In this document: positions 11,691-23,790 of the stretch, piece after piece
Numbering within the stretch: the stretch's first letter is position 1
Layout: each line of letters opens with the position of its first letter
Origin: Chiloscyllium plagiosum
Lineage: Eukaryota
Length of the DNA stretch: 64,000 nt
Direction: 5' to 3'
NCBI RefSeq assembly: GCF_004010195.1
Contig: NC_057719.1
Location: forward strand, 33,841,981 to 33,905,980
Notes under the pieces: model-generated
What the model was told of the DNA's origin: nothing
The model's input: only the letters and a program-made list of their open reading frames with translations
Database searches by the model: none
Position numbers and translations under genes: made by a program

Positions 11691-12659
11691 AAACTAAATT
11701 TTCAATAAAATACTGTGAGTCCGTTTGCTTCTGCTATCTATTCTGTGGCCCAAATTTCTATTTCACTTTACTCCATCTGGTTTCAGTTATTCCACATCTT
11801 CTGTACCTTTTCTGATACAAACATTCAATTACTTTTCCTTTGTGTTGTCTTCTTGCTGTCAGGTGGAGCAGCTTCCACCTGACAGGTATTTGACTGACAA
11901 GTAAAGAAATTAGGAGTCTTGACTTTGAGCCTCTATACTGATCAAGGTGATCCTGGCAGATCTGTGACCAACTCTATTTACCCTGCACTGCATGCATTGT
12001 AAACAGTGGTAGTGGCATGCTACAATTAGAACTAAATGATCCTGTAGTCAATAGATTAGATCAAACCTCTGCTGTCCTGCCATATCAAGTCTTGAATAGT
12101 GATGGACAATTCGGAGGAAGGAAGATTCCTAAATGTCCCCAACCTCAATGATGGCAGAGTTCAAAACATTAGTGCAAAAGATAAGCCTGAATGCTTATAA
12201 TCATCTTAAGGTAGAAGTGTAAAATGGATGTAAAACTTCTTCAGATTTTTCACCTTTGCAAAAGACTGTTTTCAGCTACTTTGACTCATTTCATGTGATT
12301 TCTAACAAGAACTGAGTGCACTGTAAATAGTAAAAGCTCTGGATCATGAGCACATTCTAATCTGCAGTGCTGGCAGCCTACACTCCCGAACTAACTGTAC
12401 CTCATGCTGCCCCCTCCACTGAAAGGCAGCAGCTGTCAGCCATTCATTCTACAGCTGCACTGGAGTAGCACTGTGCAGCAAAACCCGCAGAGCCAAAGGT
12501 AAGGACTAAGGAAACAAACAAGAGTGAGTAGTTCTGTTTTATATGTATAATTGGATAATGTCTTGGATTAAGTTATTAAGGAGTGTTCACTTTTGAAATG
12601 TCCTTTATTTCAAGCTTTTCACACGATTTCAGAGCAAATTATTGCAAATGCAGAAAGTA

Positions 12660-12790
12660 TTACTGAAAACAAAAAATGCTGGAGATCACTTCAGGTCAAG
12701 CAGCATCCTGGAGAGAGCAAGTTAACATTTCGAATCTAGTTAACTTAGTCAAAGCTGACATGAATTGTGAAGGGTCAGCATTTATGCGAG
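12660..12790 (-). mobile_element. Old Penelope-like pseudo-LTR fragment
   Basis: aaatgctggagatca...ggtcaagcagcatc...gttaacatttcgaa, a diverged parallel of the 8103 and 38247 elements. Confidence 0.55.
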
Positions 12791-13199
12791 AGTATGGACG
12801 GAGGGAAGGGTGGAGTGCTGCTGATAGTGCAGATTAAGTGATCGGAATATATGATAGTTTTACATAATGTGATACTTTGTAGCTGAGGGGTTGTATGTCT
12901 GGAATTGTGAAGCAATGATGATCTAGGAATGTTTCTAGGAGACCAGGATTTGATGAGGTGCTCATGGACAGCCCACACTGAACAGATGTTGCACCTTCTT
13001 CTTCCTTTTTAGAGGAGCTTGCCAAAGCCATGTCAACAAGAACTGCACTCCCATAATGGTAAGAATGTGGACTATGCAGAAATTTGTAAAAGGCTTCTGT
13101 ACATGTAGAAAGCCACCAATTCCTTCCCTCCCATATTTCAGTCCTTGCAAATGACCATAGCTTCAAGACATCAATGGTGTCCTTCTACGATTCCTGGTT

Positions 13200-14800
13200 G
13201 CAGCAGAATTATATCATACCTTACTACATTAAATCCCATCTGCCACACTTTTGCCCATTTAACCTTCTGATATCCCCTTGCAGATTCTTCATGTCCTTAT
13301 CTCTACATACCCTATCACCTATTTTGATACCATCAACAAATTTGATTACATTACGCTCTGCACTCCTCCAAGTCATCAACATAGATACTAAATAATGAAG
13401 GCCCATGGCTGACCCTTGTGGCACTCCATTAGTTACATCTTTCGAAACTGAAAAAGACCCATTAAGCCTAACTTTCTGTTTTTTCTTTATGAACAAGCAC
13501 TCAATCCTTACTAAGGTTTTACCCACATACCATAAGCTCCTATCTTTTCAATAACCTTTTGTACAGCATCTTATCAAATGTCTTTTGGAAATCCAAATAC
13601 TTTACCTCTACTAGTTCCCCTTTAAACAACTCTTCTTGTTATATCTTCAAAGAACTTTGGCAAATTTGTTAAATCTGCGATCCCTTTCAAAAAACCATAC
13701 TAACTCTGTTTGATTGTAATAAGCCACTCTAAATGTGATGTTTTCCATTTTTCATAATGGGCTCTAACTTTCCTAATGAGCTGTTTGGCTAATTTGTCTA
13801 TAGTTTCCTGCATTACGTGAGCTGTTTTCCGATCTGCTAGATATCTCACAGTATCCAGTGAGTTCTGGAATATTTTGACCAATACCACTACTCTCTCTGC
13901 AGCCACTTCCTTTAAAACCATTGGTTTCAGGCCATTGTGTCCTGAGTGACTTGTATCACGTTAGTCCCATTAGTTGATCAAATACTTTGTTCCTTGTGAT
14001 AGAAACTATCACAAGATCTTTCCTCCAACTAGCACATTACTTATCTGTAATTTTGTGATTTGATAGTGTCCTCCACATGAATACCAATACAAAATGTTGG
14101 ATTAAATTACCTGACGTTTCACTGTCCTCCATCATTAATTTCCCAGATCCATCTTCCAAAGTCCTACACTCACTTGAGCTACTCTATTTCCTTTTACGTA
14201 CCCCTGCCGTTTGTTTTCGTGTTTCTTGCCAATTTATGTTCAGAATCAATTGTATCCTTCTTTATTAGGTTTTTTGTCATCTCCTGCTTGGTCCTAAAAT
14301 ATGCCTAGTCCTTTGACCTCTCATGAGTTTTTGCTACCTTGTATTCCTTTGACTTTGATTGAAAACACTACCTTGGCTATCTATGATTTGGAGATGCCGG
14401 TGTTGGACTAGGATGTACATAGTTAAAAAATCACACAACACCAGGTTATAGTCCAACAGATTTAATTGGAAGCACTAGCTTTCACAGCACTGCTCCTTCA
14501 TCAGGTGGTTGTGGAGTCCAATTAAACCTGTTGAACTATAAACTGGTGATGTGTGATTTCTAATTTTGGCTAACTATGAGTAGATCATGCTTTTCGATGA
14601 GTTCTGAACAGCTTCTCGATGTTTGTTGTCTCTGCCAAACCCCCACGTAATGCTTCAGGTCAAACCTTCAAAACTAGGAGCGAGTATTGTGCTTCTAAGC
14701 TTTTAGAATTTAGATAACTTATTCCAATGTTCTCTACTCTCTTTTGAATGAAAGAAATCTCATCTACTTCACTATCAGCACACTACCTCCACTTTCTCTG
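13200..14800 (-). mobile_element. CR1-clade LINE ORF2 fragment, decayed, interrupted by a Penelope insert
   Basis: ORF 13224..13526 has VTNGVPQGSAMG and KFVDGIKIG; ORF 13700..13921 has LKEVAAE...IFQNSLD. Confidence 0.85.
14387..14565. mobile_element. Penelope-derived palindromic insert (family B) with a hammerhead-like core on the minus strand at 14473-14507
   Basis: Inverted arms around aatcacacaacaccaggttatagtccaacag; TSD ttggcta(t/a)ctatga at 14373-14386 and 14566-14579; minus strand CAC-CUGAUGA-A-GGAGC-AGU-GCUGU-GAAA-GC-UA-GUG. Confidence 0.75.
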
Positions 14801-14815
14801 CAACAGCAAAAGGAA

Positions 14816-14994
14816 ATTAGATTAGATTACATTAGAGTGTGGAAACAGGCCCTTCGGCCCAACAAGTCCACACCGACCCGCCGAAGCGCAACCCACCCAT
14901 ACCCCGGCATCTACCCCTTACCTAACACTACGGGCAATTTAGCATGGCCAATTCACCTGACCTGCACATCTTTGGACTGTGGGAGGAAACCGGA
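14816..14994 (-). mobile_element. HE1-type SINE, 5'-truncated
   Basis: (AGATT)n tail then gtgtggaaacaggcccttcggcccaacaagtccacaccg; matches the 20136 copy. Confidence 0.92.
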
Positions 14995-16571
14995 AATTGA
15001 GAGTATCACATCAAAATGTTGAGTGGTGGTAACTTTAAATAACTCAGCAAGAGATTCCCCATGCATGTTAAGAGACCGTCAACAGGACAGCAAGGTCAAG
15101 CAAAACAGAATGAGCACTCACTGAAATGTAGACCCTGCACTGATGTCACAATGATCCCATTCCGCATGCTTCCTGCACACGCTGTCAGCATTCAAAGCAA
15201 AACAACTGGCACAGGCCACTCTGGAACTGCGTGTGAGCAGATCACTGTCAAATCTATCTCACTTTCCATTTTCAGCTGCACCACATTGTGAATTTTGTGG
15301 AGCAAAGTTTAGGCAATTCTATTCTGGTCAAGCCTTCCAATGAGAAGGCTTGGTATTGAACACCACTCCAAGCCTCATCATCAACAGCGGCACCAATTAC
15401 AACTTCAATTATTTTGGTTCTGTGTTTGCTCAGATGGAATATTTTATAAGGCCCAATTCATGTTTTCATACATCCTTAAAAAGCAAAGTTGGATTATACT
15501 AATACATTTATAGGATCCCCACATCACAGGCATAATGTACTTGAATTGAACTATTCATTATATTAATAAATACAATTAATCTCCCTATAACACTGTACAT
15601 TCTTCCTTTTTTAAAATAACAGGGTAACTTCCTTTTGAATGATTAAATCGAACCCACTTCCAACACAGGCAGTTGATTCTATGCCTTAACTTTCCAATGT
15701 GTGAAAACTTATTTCTTATCCTAAGCAGACTAATGTGCCCATTTATTAAAATCTCCTTTTAAAAAAAGCATGTTGACAGTGCTTAATACTTTCAGTTCTC
15801 AGACACTGAGAATCATTTTCTTGTTAAATAAGGTCTGTACAAATAATGAGTGAAGTTGGATTTCAGTAACAGTGCAGAAGAGATGATTGCACATTGGCAG
15901 CTGGTTTTACACTCTGCTCAATTCACCTCTCCATTGAAATAAGAAGTCCATTAACTAGGGCTCGTTTTGCACTGTTGTCCAGATTGGGTCTCTCTCCCAA
16001 TAAAATTGTCACATCAGATGAATGCTCCAACCAAAAGAGAGTTCTAGAAGCTCCATTTGCAATAATGAAAGGTCATGTGGAATTTTTTAAATTGCCTACA
16101 ACATAATTAATTATAGCAGCTATTCCCCATTGAGCTAAGTGCTGTAAGAAATTTAATCCACAGTGCTGAGGGCAGCTAGCCTGGAGTTAAGGCTCTGTGG
16201 ACATGTCCCAATTAGGTAGAAACTACATATGTAAGGCAACCATAAGACATATAATTATGGAGCTTAAATTCATGAAAAGATTTCTAACACTTGTAACAAA
16301 TGCTATTGGCCTATTTAATAATACAGAAAAGAAACTTGAGTTATTTTCCTTTTGAGCATAATTATATACTAAACTAAATATTGGGTTTTTAACCAAAGAG
16401 AACCATGTGCTTCATTCTAATGCCAGCACATCAATCCTCCCCTAACCCCAGGATTAAAGTAAATATCCTCATCCCTCAAGGAATGCAGGCTATAAAAAGG
16501 TTGTGACAAGCAACAGTTACTGTTACAAGCAACAGTTGGAGAAAATCAGATAGATTGTTATCCAAATGATA

Positions 16572-16735
16572 GCTTACTTGATTTGACTTGGGTTTAATTT
16601 ATTATTATCACATGTACTGAGGTACAGTGGAAAGTGCTGTCTTTACATGATTTACAGGCAGATCATGTGATACAGGTACGTCAGAGTAATAGAACAGACT
16701 GCAGGATGCAGTGTTACAGCTGCTGAGAAGGTTTC
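16572..16735 (-). mobile_element. Probable Rex1/Babar-type LINE 3' UTR fragment
   Basis: Minus strand ...cactgtacctcagtacatgtgataataataaat with a (CAAAT)-like tail. Confidence 0.45.
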
Positions 16736-17249
16736 CACGTAGCTGTATTAGGACTATGGATAAATGGTATCATGTTTAAGCATGACCATCAAAATGAGAC
16801 CCATAGAAAGAGTATTTGTTATGTGTAGCAAGGTATAAGAAAGCATGGATGAGGATAGATACCTCTCTAGTCTAATTAGAAAGTCCCCTGTAGTAAATAC
16901 TATGTATTTATTGCATTATTGCACTGATTTATATATTGCATGAATATGATGTACATCACTACAGTGATTGTTAGAGCACAAGAGCGTTACGTCTGTCTCC
17001 TACCATCTGCTGCATTACAGTGGCCAAATCCCTAAGAAATTATCACACTGAGTGGTGCTTAATGCATTCATTCATATATTTACCCTTGTTATTCGACCCA
17101 TAATTAGCATTTCTCTCCCCACTTCTATTTTTTCCCTTCATACTATTATTTTTATACATTTGTTTATGTATTCATATTTACCAATTTACCACTACCCCAT
17201 CTCCCCTCCTGCCCATACCCAAGTCTTTAATTTTATAAATTCAGATAAT

Positions 17250-17955
17250 CAGGACATCTTTTTATTCATCCTGAGCATATTATTTTCAGACATGGCAAAT
17301 TGGTAGTGGTGTGTTGGATAGAAGTTCATTGACATGGACAGACCTCCTGACAGTCTGAGGTCCATAGTCTGTCTTGAATTGGAGAGCCTTTAACATCTTG
17401 TAATTCGTTCACAAAAGATTTCACTGATGTATGTCCTTGGTTTATGGCTATCAGTGTGACCCCTGCTAAAGCAGATGATTTTTTTTGTTTGTAATGTCTT
17501 GGACCCTTTGCATGTTGTTAGTCTCTCATTCATGACACCTTCTGCAGAGTTGTATTATATCTCCAATTTGATTCAGTGGAATTTGCCTATCATTCCACCC
17601 GTAGATCTGTGCTGACCTAGGTAGACTTTTTACTTAAATGCCTTGAAAATGTTGGGTTTTGTGTTTCCTTCTTGGTTATTGAATATTGGTGAAAACAATT
17701 TGTTCACTTGTACATTTATATTACCGGGAGATGCATTCTTGCTGGTATGATACCCTTTCTAGTTGTTAGAGGACTTTCTTTGGAAGATAGGGCAGTCGGA
17801 CATTTTGGGTGAACTTGTCAATTCTTAATCACCTCGGTCCTTAGTGGCAGATTGAATTTGGAATGCAAAACTGTCTACAAAGCTGTGTGTAAATATGGCT
17901 CAATTCTGTTGACATTACTTTCATTGGCTGAGATAGTGGCGGTGAGAATCAGTTG
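17250..17955 (-). mobile_element. Highly decayed Penelope-like coding relic (probably continues at about 20760-21800)
   Basis: Minus-strand KVYLGQ at about 17612-17630 resembles the YIG motif of GIY-YIG; many stops. Confidence 0.3.
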
Positions 17956-17959
17956 TTGT

Positions 17960-18230
17960 CATCATCACTGAATCCCCCATTATCAACATTCTGAGTGTCG
18001 CCATTGACCAAGGTTCCTTGCATTGCACCTTTTAATCCTATGACCATTACCATCTAGAAGGACAAGGACAGCAGATGCATGGGAACACCAATACCTGCAA
18101 GTTCCATTCCAAACCACACACCATCCTATATTGCAATTATATTGCTTAGTCAAAATCCTGGAACTCCCTTCCTGATAGCACTGTAGATTACAATAATTCA
18201 AGAAGGCAGCTCACCACCAATACCTTAAAG
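17960..18230 (+). mobile_element. CR1/L2-group LINE 3' fragment, split by the hAT element (resumes 20701-20760)
   Basis: gaaggcagctcaccacc...|...gcagctggggacgg...aaatgctggcc reconstitutes the tail seen at 2960-3058 and 40630-40720. Confidence 0.8.
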
Positions 18231-18624
18231 CAGGGGTGGGCAATTAATTCTTCCAAAGGGCCACATGAGAAATCTGAGTTGTGTTGGAGGGCCAAACCAA
18301 CAATAAGTTGAACATAATTCTGCTCAGTATTAATTTTCTCCCATTGTAAAAAGTACAAAATTATATAGTTTTGCACTGAAACTTATAATCAAAAGAATAA
18401 GGATATTCTGTTACAATAAAGATATGAAATTGTGGAGTAGGTCAAATATAGAAGAAATAAACAGTAAAAACAATAATTTCAGTATTTCATTTTATTTTTA
18501 ACATTTTAATCTCACAAACCAATAATGAAAAGTTGTTTCATTATTGTTCAGTATTACAAACAGCAAACAACTCTGTACAAAAAGCAATAAGTGCTTTTGA
18601 TGTGTTTCAGTTCATTTTACTTGT

Positions 18625-20461
18625 TTAGTGAGAAAAATCCAGTCTGTTTTGGGCTTGAACAAGTGCACTGAAATCTGGTTGAATATCTGAGGTGGATATG
18701 TGAACGACAGCTGAGAGGTGATCGTCGGTGATAGAGGATCTGTATTTGGATTTGTTGAACTTCATCACTGAGAATATCTGTTTGCATATATAGGTAGATC
18801 CAAAGAGGACTAGAATCTTCTAAGCATGCCTCCTTATGTGTGGAAAGTTCTCCTCTTTGAGGGAAGAGTAAAAATCAAGCAGTGAGACTGACCTAAAGTA
18901 TTCTGCCAGGAGTGTGTCAGACTGCAGGTCAATGAGTTCAAGCTGAACATCACTAGGTGCATTCTCCACATTGCATGTAAATGGGGAAAAAATCATGTGC
19001 ATTTCATTCTCAACCTTTTTAAAGTCTTGAAATCGCCTTGAAAATTCACCATGCAGTGTTTCTAACATAGATGAGTATCTGTGGAGGTGATCAGCTGAAG
19101 GTGTGGCTTCCTTCAGTGTTGGCAAGTGGGTGAGAATGTTGTCCTCCATTTGGCTTGAGAGAAACTGCAACTTTCTCAGAAAAGCCTTCACCAAGTTGTA
19201 CATTTCATGGGCAAAAAGGTCCTTGCACTGCAATTTCATATTTAGTTCATTCATAAGTGCAGACACATCAACATCAAAACTAAGGTCTGCAATCTAGTCT
19301 GCATCTGAAAGCTGTGGAATGCCATTCCCTTTCTTCACACAGAAATCTTGAATCTCTTCTCTCAGGTCCTATACACTTTTCAGCATTTTGCCCAGGCTGA
19401 GCCACCTGACAGCTGTGTGGTAGCCTACGTCACGATATTCAGTCTCATTTTCCTCCAAAAGTGCAACAAACTGCCTGTGATTCAAAGCTCTTGCCCTGAT
19501 GAAGTTAACTATTTTAGTTACAACATCAAACACATGGTTAATTTTTAACACTGACTTACACAACACTTCCTGATGTATAATACAATGCAAAAATACCAAT
19601 TTCTGTTCAGGGTCAATTTCTGTCACTTTATCCTGCATTCTCTTTAAGAGTCCAACATTTTTTCCCATTAGATTTGGACAACCATCCGTTGTCACACCCA
19701 CCAGCTTGTCCCATTTTAGTCCCAACCTGTCCAAACATGCATTTACCTCCATGAACAAACCATTACCAGTTGTTGTTCCTTTCATTGACTGCATGGCTGC
19801 CAGCTCCTCCGTGATTTTAAAGTCCATAGTTACCCCACGGACGAAGATGAGTAGCTGGGCTGTGTCACGTATGTCGCAGCTCTCATCCAAAGCCAAGGAA
19901 AAAAAGTCAAAGTTGACCGCTCTGTGCTGCAGTTGAAGCTCCAGATTTCTCGCGATGTCCCCATTCCTTCTCGTTACAGTGCGTCGGGAGAGGGGCACAT
20001 TCTCAAATGCCTCCTTTTTCTCCAGGCATATTAGTTCTGCTGAGTCCAACAAGCATGCCTTAATAAACTTTCCATCAGAAAACGGTTTACTGTTTCTGGC
20101 GATTTTGTGGGATATGACATGTCTTGTCTTGTCGTGGGCGGCACGGTGGCACAGTGGTTAGCACTGCTGCCTCACAGCGCCAGAGACCCGGGTTCAATTC
20201 CCGCCTCAGGCGACTGACTGTGTGGAGTTTTCACGTTCTCCCCGTGTCTGTGTGGGTTTCCTCCGGGTGCTCCGGTTTCCTCCCACAGTCCAAAGATGTG
20301 CAGGTCAGGTGAATTGGCCATGCTAAATTGCCCGGAATGTTAGATAAGGGGTAAATGTAGGGGTATGGGTGGGTTGCGCTTCGGCAGGTCGGTGTGGACT
20401 TGTTGGGCCGAAGGGCCTGTTTCCACACTGTAAGTAATCTAATCTAAAAAAAAACTGACAT
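18625..20461 (-). pseudogene. hAT transposase pseudogene
   Basis: Motifs KPFSDGKFIK, FSLALDESCD, TTDGCPNLMG, HCIIHQE, VRWLS, FGSTYICKQ (catalytic E to K); frameshift near 19370, stops near 19296 and 18820; probable ATG at 20461 cut off from the rest by a SINE; stop at 18625. Confidence 0.9.
20136..20445 (+). mobile_element. HE1-type SINE, full length, inside the hAT element
   Basis: tRNA-like head gggcggcacggtggcacagtggttagc, box B ggttcaattcc, V-domain-like core, (AATCT)n tail. Confidence 0.95.
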
Positions 20462-22047
20462 TTTGAGGGCTAGCCAGCAAGCATCACTTTTAGCTGTTCA
20501 TGCACGTACATACACGTGTATGTGTGTCCATACGTAAATAAAAAAAACATTCTTTTCAAAACAAAAGCAACACAGTTGTATTGTGTGCATGGCATAAGTA
20601 CTTTTTCATTTATGTTCTAATTTAAGATTGACCTCATGCGGGCCGGACAAAGGGCCAGATATGGCCCGCAGGCCGTAAAATGTCCAGGTCTGCCTTAAAG
20701 GCAGCTGGGGACGGAAAAAAATGCTGGCCGCAGCAGCAAAAGGATCATCCTGTTGAATGACAATGAGACTTGTCTAATGTCACATTTGAAATTCATGAGA
20801 TGCCCCATTGACAGAAACGTCTGCCTGTGGAATATTTGGTCTGAGTTATTAATTTCCGTTAAGAAAGCTTTGGGATTGTCTGCTACAGAAAACTGAACCA
20901 CCATATTTATCTCTTTGTGTGTGTAGTTCATTGGACTTCTTGTTTCTCTATCCTGCTTCAGAACATTTTCTTTAAGTGTCCAACCTCCTAACATCAAAAA
21001 TATTTCATTTTTTAAAGCTAAGAACTGCTCATGGCTGTGTGATCTCTTTTTTTGCAGTATTGGTATGTACTGTTACTATTTGGTGTTTATCCCACCCATT
21101 TCATTAGCTTCTCTGATGTTCTTTCATAATTTTTATACCCAAACACATTAATGGATTCCATATATCATCCCCTCTTAGGATTCATCTGTTTGTTTCAGGA
21201 CCACTTACCACTTGAATGATATTTTCTAGGTTAGGTCATTATTGGACTGTCATAAATCTGACAGATTCATCAGTAATGTCCAGGACAATCCAGTCTCTTA
21301 TGAATTCTGCCTTAGCATCCAGTGTGGAAGTTACTCTATACCTCAAGAAATGTGTTCCCCAAGTTATCTAGTTTTGACCAATCTTAAAATTAAATCTTCT
21401 TAGCAACGTTATTTCAGATATTTCGGCTTCCTGATGTGACTTTATCTGCTTTAAAGGTTGTTTAATCTACAACAATGACATTTACCCATGCTTTCCCTCT
21501 GTATTGGAGTATTTTCCTGCTTTTGTTGGTACAGTGGAGGTTTTTCTAAATTTAGCAGCTATGTTGGAGATTTTCCCATGGTTTGAAGACTTGCTACGAC
21601 TCCCATAGCATTTGCCTTGTCTCCTTAAAAAAGTTCTGCCAGGCAAAACTTGCAAACATCTTGAAATTGCCCAATACTTACCTACTTTAATTGAAGACTT
21701 CCCCAGCTTTCCTTCCCTACAATCTCTGAGCTTTCACTTTCACTTTTCCAGCTCTGCATTTTGCTATCTGTGTGCTATGAGGGTGACATCCAATCAGAGT
21801 TACAACTTGTTTTTAAAATGATCACGACTGCTCACTCAGTTATGGCAGGGCCCCACCATACGAGTGTCCACCACACTACTGCTCACCATGCTGTATGTGT
21901 GAGTTCCTTCATGCCTGGAGTGGTCTAACCTGGATGAGGATAGCCACCAGAATAATCAAACAAGGGGAGGCTTGCTTGGTAAACTGTATAGTTTATTACA
22001 TTACTGCAGCTGTTTACAGATAATATGAATGTGACTTCAATTTTAAG

Positions 22048-22383
22048 AGCCTAGTGATATTGTAGCTAGACTGTCAATCTAAAGACCCTGTTGTGTTCTG
22101 AAGATCCATGTTTGAATTCCACCACAGCAGATGGTGGACTTTGAATTTAATAAAAACCTGGAATTAAGAGCCTAATAATGATGCTGAATACATTGCTGAT
22201 TGTTAATAAAAACCCATCTGATTCTCTAATGTCCTTTAGGAAAGGAAACTGCCATCCCCATCTGGTGCGGCCTACATGCGGCTCGAGATCCACAGCAATG
22301 TAGGTGGCTCTGAACTGACTTTTAGTTAAGAATGAGCAATAAATGCTGGCCTAGCCAGTGCTGCCCTCCTGTGAATGAATAAT
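22048..22383 (+). mobile_element. SacSINE1-like SINE
   Basis: tRNA-like head, gcagatggtgg...aacccatctg...ctaatgtcctttagg core, tail aataaatgctggcctagccag...atgaatgaat shared with the LINE at 1523-3058. Confidence 0.75.
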
Positions 22384-22992
22384 CAGGAAAACAATTACTA
22401 CAGAGAGTGTAGGAGAATAATTGCTTCCTGCTTTGCTCTGGCCAGGTTCCCCATCACTCCATCATAATGGATGGAGCTTAATGCATGAAATCAAGAATTA
22501 ACCATTTCAGATCCTTAAAAATTATGCATACTAAGCATTGGGCATTAAGCCATAGTGTTAATATTCAATTAAAACTTAATCAAACCCAATTATAAAGCGA
22601 TTCCAAGTCTTTCAGTATTGTTATACAATAGCAATGAATTAACACACTTTCCAGATAATAAACATTTAATGACTCAACACTTTTGTTATTCAATTGGAGA
22701 TTTTATCAAATGAAGCTGAAAATATTATTACAATTAAATCTAGGACCTATGTCTTTTTTGAGTATCTCACCTTTCTACTTGGTGATGGATTAGTTTAAAC
22801 TATAAATAGGAAGGTTATATCATTTTTTGAAATATTGTATATCTGTGTATTTGGGGACATGGTGAGATTAAATGTAAAGCTCGTCCGAGGCAAGGCAATA
22901 GAGTAATCAGGGGGCAAATATGCACATGAAGACTTTCACCAAGTGAGTAGTTCCTTCTTTTAGAAAGGGCCAGTATTTATCAGAACTGAAAG

Positions 22993-23265
22993 ATATAAAA
23001 GAGACCTAAGGGGCAACCTTTTCAACCAGAGGGTGGTACGTGTATGGAATGAGCTGCCAGAAGGAAATGGTGGAGGCTAGTACGATTGCAACATTTAAAA
23101 GGCATCTGGATGGGTATATGAATAGGAAGGGGTTTGGAGGGATATGGGACTGGTGCTGGCAGGTGGGACTAGATTGGGTTGGGATATCTGGTTGACATGG
23201 ACAAGTTGGACCAAAGGGTCTGTTTCCATGCTGTAGATCTCTATGACTCTATGACTCCATGACTG
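22993..23265 (+). mobile_element. CR1 (HER1-like) LINE 3' end
   Basis: Matches 50520-50785; (CTATGACT)n tail. Confidence 0.92.
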
Positions 23266-23541
23266 AAATTAACAATGGGTTCAATAGTATGACAAACACT
23301 TCTGACCCGTATTTGAATCACTATTAAATATACAATATTTCTGAATGCTATGTATGCATTTGATCAGAAACGTCATGGTGTAATAAGTTAGCTGTTCGTC
23401 TTTCACTCCTGGTTCGAATCCAACCTCAGTCGATTAGATGTTAGCTCTACAAATGAAAAATGAGTTAATACATTTTCAAATTTAGCTCCTCACAAGCATT
23501 TCTTTGCACACCCGATCTCTAATGGTCAATGCCTCTTGGAT

Positions 23542-23790
23542 AGAGTTGATAAAGTGTGGTGCTGAGAAAGGTACAACATGTCAGGCAACATCCGAGAAGC
23601 AAGAGAGTCGACGTTTCAGGTATAACTCTTCTTCAGGTTATTCCCGAAACATTGATTCTCTTGCTCCTCAGATGCTGCCTGACCTGCTGAGTTTTTTTTC
23701 AGCACATTGCTTTATTAACTCTTGAAAATGTATTAACTAATTTCTCATCATGACTCTGACTCTCCAGCATCTGCAGTCCTCACTTTCTCC
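23542..23790. mobile_element. Penelope-derived palindromic insert (family A), decayed
   Basis: Inverted arms 23542-23722; tail ctccagcatctgcagtcctcactttctcc as in the 8103 element. Confidence 0.8.

Larger units (their letters stand above)
18231..20692 (-). mobile_element. hAT DNA transposon (Charlie/Buster clade, GTF2IRD2/EPM2AIP1-like transposase)
   Basis: Exact 8-bp TSD CCTTAAAG at 18223-18230 and 20693-20700; imperfect TIRs CAGGGGTGGGCA / CAGACCTGGACA; transposase inside. Confidence 0.95.

Noticed and set aside
18820..20052. Domesticated GTF2IRD2/EPM2AIP1/ZBED-type host gene
   Set aside because: Frameshift, stops, missing N-terminus, TIRs and TSD show a dead transposon copy.
20136..20210. 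tRNA gene
   Set aside because: It is the tRNA-derived head of an HE1 SINE, continuous with the SINE body; the same holds for the other copies.
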